Part shown: positions 60,664-64,000 of the stretch, one piece after another | How positions within the stretch are numbered: the stretch's first letter is position 1 | Layout of the letters: each line of letters opens with the position of its first letter | From: an uncultured Candidatus Saccharibacteria bacterium | GTDB taxonomy: Bacteria; Patescibacteriota; UBA1384; XYA2-FULL-43-10; 1-14-0-10-43-13 | Direction of reading: 5' to 3' | NCBI GenBank assembly: GCA_964543385.1 | Contig: CAZIYE010000001.1 | Span: 279,868 to 343,867, forward strand | Length of the DNA: 64,000 nt | Notes under the pieces: model-generated | Told to the model about the DNA's origin: nothing | Seen by the model: only the letters and a program-made list of their open reading frames with translations | Databases searched by the model: none | Made by a program: the position numbers and the translations under genes

Positions 60664-63267
60664 CTAATTATTATATAGGAAGTAAAGACTGATATTATCA
60701 ATCATCTTAAGAGCAGGATCAAGCGTATTTTCCAATTTGCTACTCAAATAATATGATTTGCCATCCATACTCTTATAGCCATAAAACCATCCTTCTGCAG
60801 TTTTGGGATCTTTTGGTAAAGCCAAAATATAATTTGGGATCAAAACACTCGAAACAGAGTTTGACTCAATGCCAAGATTTACAGGTGATTTCGATAAAGG
60901 ATATTTGCCATATTTTGATTTATAAGATTCTAAAGCGTTCTTAATAGTTAAGAGATCATTTTTCCTCTGTTCATCATTTTTAGCAATTAGAGCATCGGCA
61001 GCAGCTTTCTCGGCAGCAGCTTTAGCTGCTTCTGACTCTGTCCCCTGACTGTTATTGACCTCACCATTCTCCTCAATAGTCTCCTCGTTGGAGCCAAAAG
61101 GAGCAGGGTCTGTAATAATTTCTAGAGAGTCTGGCTTTTCGAAATCCTCTATCTGTCCAAAACTGTCGAACTTCAAAGACAAATCCAATGATGTAATCGA
61201 ACTAGAAGTGGCTGGAGTGATCTTCAATTCTATTTTTCTAATAAGTTTGTCCTTTATGCCAATCCAGACATGTCCGGTAATCGACGAGATAGCCTCTGAT
61301 GTAATTCCAATACCAGATAAAGCATCTCCAATTTCGATATCATCAATCTGGTAATCATAGCATCTGGTTTTGCCGATCTTTTCGTTACCTACCTTTTTTC
61401 CCCTTATTGATGACTGGCTCCAATCGCCAGCCCAGAACTCTTCAAAAATATTTTTTTCTTCAAGTCCTGATAAATTATATTCAAGCCATTTTCCATCTTC
61501 GGCACTATCGCTGAACTTAATTTTGTCACTTTTAACCCAAAGCTTACCTAGACTATTTTTCAATGAAATCTCTGAAATTCCAGCTTTGTCGACTAGCAAT
61601 CTGATGTCGCTGCCATCATCACCCACAGCCCCTTCAACAGCCACGGATAATTCCTTGCTAGTAGTCTGTACACCTTCATAGGAACTATCAAGCTGCTGAT
61701 CGCTATCGATACTACTGTTGTTACTATCATCTGCGGTGTCCGAGGTGAGAGAGCTATCTAATGTAGAGTTATCCTCACCAGCATTTCCTTCCAGATCGGT
61801 TGAAGTAGAATCAGTCTGCGTATCGGAAGTAATTTGACTACTGTCAACCGTAGAATTCTCCTCAGTATCTGGGTCTACTACCACCCACTCTTCCTCCTCT
61901 ACTGCAAATGTTGCTTTTTCTGGTTTAATATAAAAAGCCATTTTTGCATTATCAGCATAAGAAACCAAAGGAGTTGATACCGGCGACTGAATAGTTTTAT
62001 CAATGTTGATCCTGATATCCCCAGTTACCTTGAAACCAGTCTTTTTTCCCATTACTGAAAGTGTCTGACCAAAGGCTTTCTCGGCATCCCTTGGTAAACC
62101 ACCCCAGATTATTTCAATACCCAGGGGATTATATATCTTTTCAAAACCGATAGATACAATCCCTCTCTCTGTAAGCAAGGTCAATAAAAAGAAAAGTGAT
62201 AAAACCCCTCCACTAATTAATAGCGGTAATGGCATACGCCTTTTCACAGGAGGCTGCCCTAGCATCTGTTCTGCAATATTATCATTTACACTCTGTGCGG
62301 GTACTGAATTTTGTACATTTGTCGTTTTATTTCCTTTATGACTGAACAAAGAAGCGAGTATATTCTTCTTCTCTGGCTTCGGCTGAACGGGATAAATTTG
62401 ACCTACCGAAGAAGCTTCTGTTGGGCTACCAGCTACCTGCTGAGGTAATGCTGGTAAAGCTGGCGCAGATTGAGTTTGCATTTGTGAAGCCATAGTCTGT
62501 TGTGGCACAGCACTTATGCTTGCCATATTAGAAACTACTGAATTGTTTTGCATCGGCGCTGATGGTGTTGGCGTAGCCGCTATTGCAGGCCTAGTAGAAG
62601 CAACACTAGCTGGTTGAATGTCCGTAGAAATTGCTTTTTGACTGGAAAAACTATTGTCAAAAATATCGATATCATCATCAGCAGCAGACGCTATAGTATT
62701 TGCGGAAACTGCAGGGGTTGCCATAGGAATAGGCGTTGGAACATTAGTTGAAGGAACAGATGATAATGGGGAAGTTGTAGCGACATTAGCCTTAGGATTT
62801 TGGGTCTGAGAAACATTTTCCGGCTGCCCAGTAGCCACAGTCTGGGACAGAGATTCAGATTTGATATTGTTTGATTCAGGAACGACTGCTGGCACATCTT
62901 CTGCAATATCCAGATCCATTGAACCATTTCTTACGCCCTCATCATGATCAGTGGCGTCGATTGCATCTATAGCAAGGTCAGAATCATGAGTAATTAAATT
63001 ATTATTGTCAACAATATTTAAAGCAGTTTGATTCTCAATGTTTTGGGGGACAACAAATTTAGGCTCTTCTTTGACTATTGGATTTTGAGTCATCGAGGAA
63101 CCTGAAAAACCACCAATTTTCTGATCTTTTGGCGTTTCTTCCGGCAATTCCTCATCCCAGGGACTTAGAGATTTCTTTTTCTGCAATGTACTGTCCTGAT
63201 TCCCTAAAGATGCCGTTGTCTGGTTTGATCCCATCACAACGGGATTATTTGGCTGATCCGAAGCCAC
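60664..63267 (-). CDS. Giant Ser/Thr/Pro-rich membrane protein with a central TM helix and a C-terminal GspG-like pseudopilin domain
   Basis: C-terminal NDLLTIKNALESYKSKYGKYP...LPKDPKTAEGWFYGYKSMDGKSYYLSSKL matches the T2SS GspG/PulG globular-domain pattern. Confidence 0.6.
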   Translation of the reverse strand: MASDQPNNPVVMGSNQTTASLGNQDSTLQKKKSLSPWDEELPEETPKDQKIGGFSGSSMTQNPIVKEEPKFVVPQNIENQTALNIVDNNNLITHDSDLAIDAIDATDHDEGVRNGSMDLDIAEDVPAVVPESNNIKSESLSQTVATGQPENVSQTQNPKANVATTSPLSSVPSTNVPTPIPMATPAVSANTIASAADDDIDIFDNSFSSQKAISTDIQPASVASTRPAIAATPTPSAPMQNNSVVSNMASISAVPQQTMASQMQTQSAPALPALPQQVAGSPTEASSVGQIYPVQPKPEKKNILASLFSHKGNKTTNVQNSVPAQSVNDNIAEQMLGQPPVKRRMPLPLLISGGVLSLFFLLTLLTERGIVSIGFEKIYNPLGIEIIWGGLPRDAEKAFGQTLSVMGKKTGFKVTGDIRINIDKTIQSPVSTPLVSYADNAKMAFYIKPEKATFAVEEEEWVVVDPDTEENSTVDSSQITSDTQTDSTSTDLEGNAGEDNSTLDSSLTSDTADDSNNSSIDSDQQLDSSYEGVQTTSKELSVAVEGAVGDDGSDIRLLVDKAGISEISLKNSLGKLWVKSDKIKFSDSAEDGKWLEYNLSGLEEKNIFEEFWAGDWSQSSIRGKKVGNEKIGKTRCYDYQIDDIEIGDALSGIGITSEAISSITGHVWIGIKDKLIRKIELKITPATSSSITSLDLSLKFDSFGQIEDFEKPDSLEIITDPAPFGSNEETIEENGEVNNSQGTESEAAKAAAEKAAADALIAKNDEQRKNDLLTIKNALESYKSKYGKYPLSKSPVNLGIESNSVSSVLIPNYILALPKDPKTAEGWFYGYKSMDGKSYYLSSKLENTLDPALKMIDNISLYFLYNN

Positions 63268-63321
63268 TGTCCCCTCCTATTTTTCTATATTATATAGAAA
63301 TTATTTAGCTTTTTAAAGCTC

Positions 63322-64000
63322 CTATTTGCCGCTTTTTAAAAACTCTATCGCTCTATTTAGCTGATTATCATCATTTTTATCTTCGCTTGCTTTCAAATCA
63401 ATATCTGGAGCAATACCTTCACCATTTATAGCACGACCATTCGGTGTTAACCATTTTGCAACTGTAATTTTAACTGCCGAGCCGTCAGACAATTCGAGCA
63501 ATTCCTGTACACTTCCCTTGCCAAAAGTCTTTTCGCCAATAACTTTAGCCACTTTTCGATCTTGAAGTGCTCCAGCAAATATTTCTGAGGCCGATGCTGA
63601 CCCATTATTAACCAAGACCACTGTCTTAAAATTCTTAAGCCTGGACTTTCTTGTAACCTTATATTCCTTTTGCTGGCCGCTTCTGTCTTTTTCCGAAACA
63701 ACTATTCCACCATCTAGAAAATAACTTGATAAGTTAACGGCCGATTCTAAATAGCCCCCAGGGTTATTTCTCAAATCGACAACTATACCCTCTGGTTTAT
63801 CTTTAATCACTTCTGATATGTACTGTTCAAATAGGCTGTCTGTATCATCACCAAATTGGTTTATTTTGACGACAGAATACTTTCTACCATCAATGTTCTT
63901 GGTATCCCACTGAATACTTTTTACAACAATTTTGTCTCTCTCAACATCAAAAGTAAGCGGGTCATCTTTGCCCTGACGGAAGACTTTAATATTTACTTTT
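63322..64000 (-). CDS. ctpA: S41 carboxyl-terminal processing protease (5'-partial, continues past window end)
   Basis: VVDLRNNPGGYLESAV motif; frame open to 64000. Confidence 0.8.
   Translation of the reverse strand, partial: KVNIKVFRQGKDDPLTFDVERDKIVVKSIQWDTKNIDGRKYSVVKINQFGDDTDSLFEQYISEVIKDKPEGIVVDLRNNPGGYLESAVNLSSYFLDGGIVVSEKDRSGQQKEYKVTRKSRLKNFKTVVLVNNGSASASEIFAGALQDRKVAKVIGEKTFGKGSVQELLELSDGSAVKITVAKWLTPNGRAINGEGIAPDIDLKASEDKNDDNQLNRAIEFLKSGK

Overview
This is a low-GC (~33%) bacterial fragment with an overwhelmingly minus-strand gene order that looks like a Candidate Phyla Radiation (Patescibacteria) genome. Features typical of that group are a stand-alone 16S rRNA, a type IV pilin cluster, a group-3b-like [NiFe]-hydrogenase operon and short forms of uvrC and proS. 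Most of the window is housekeeping: uppS, clpP, tig, fba, pgk, gap, tpiA, yvcK, uvrC, proS, rseP, frr, pyrH, tsf, rpsB, rpmE, prfA, prmC, pgi, htrA, gatCAB, ligA, htpX and lemA. Two tRNAs (Ala-UGC, Ile-GAU) and one 16S rRNA are present. No CRISPR array, 23S/5S rRNA or recognisable transposase was seen. Several self-contained GC-rich (45-55% GC) cassettes with their own promoter/terminator signals and unrecognisable proteins stand out at ~7.96-8.6 kb, 21.1-21.5 kb, 26.5-27.0 kb and 35.95-37.06 kb. Other oddities are a 1.36-kb insertion flanked by a duplicated pgk 3' end, a two-gene HEPN-like module wedged into the gatCA-ppi-gatB operon, a hydrogenase large subunit with a degenerate Ni-binding motif, a giant protein carrying a C-terminal GspG-like pseudopilin domain, and two genes whose only plausible start is ATA 5 nt after AGGAGG. 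All protein family calls are from reading motifs by eye, with no searches run.
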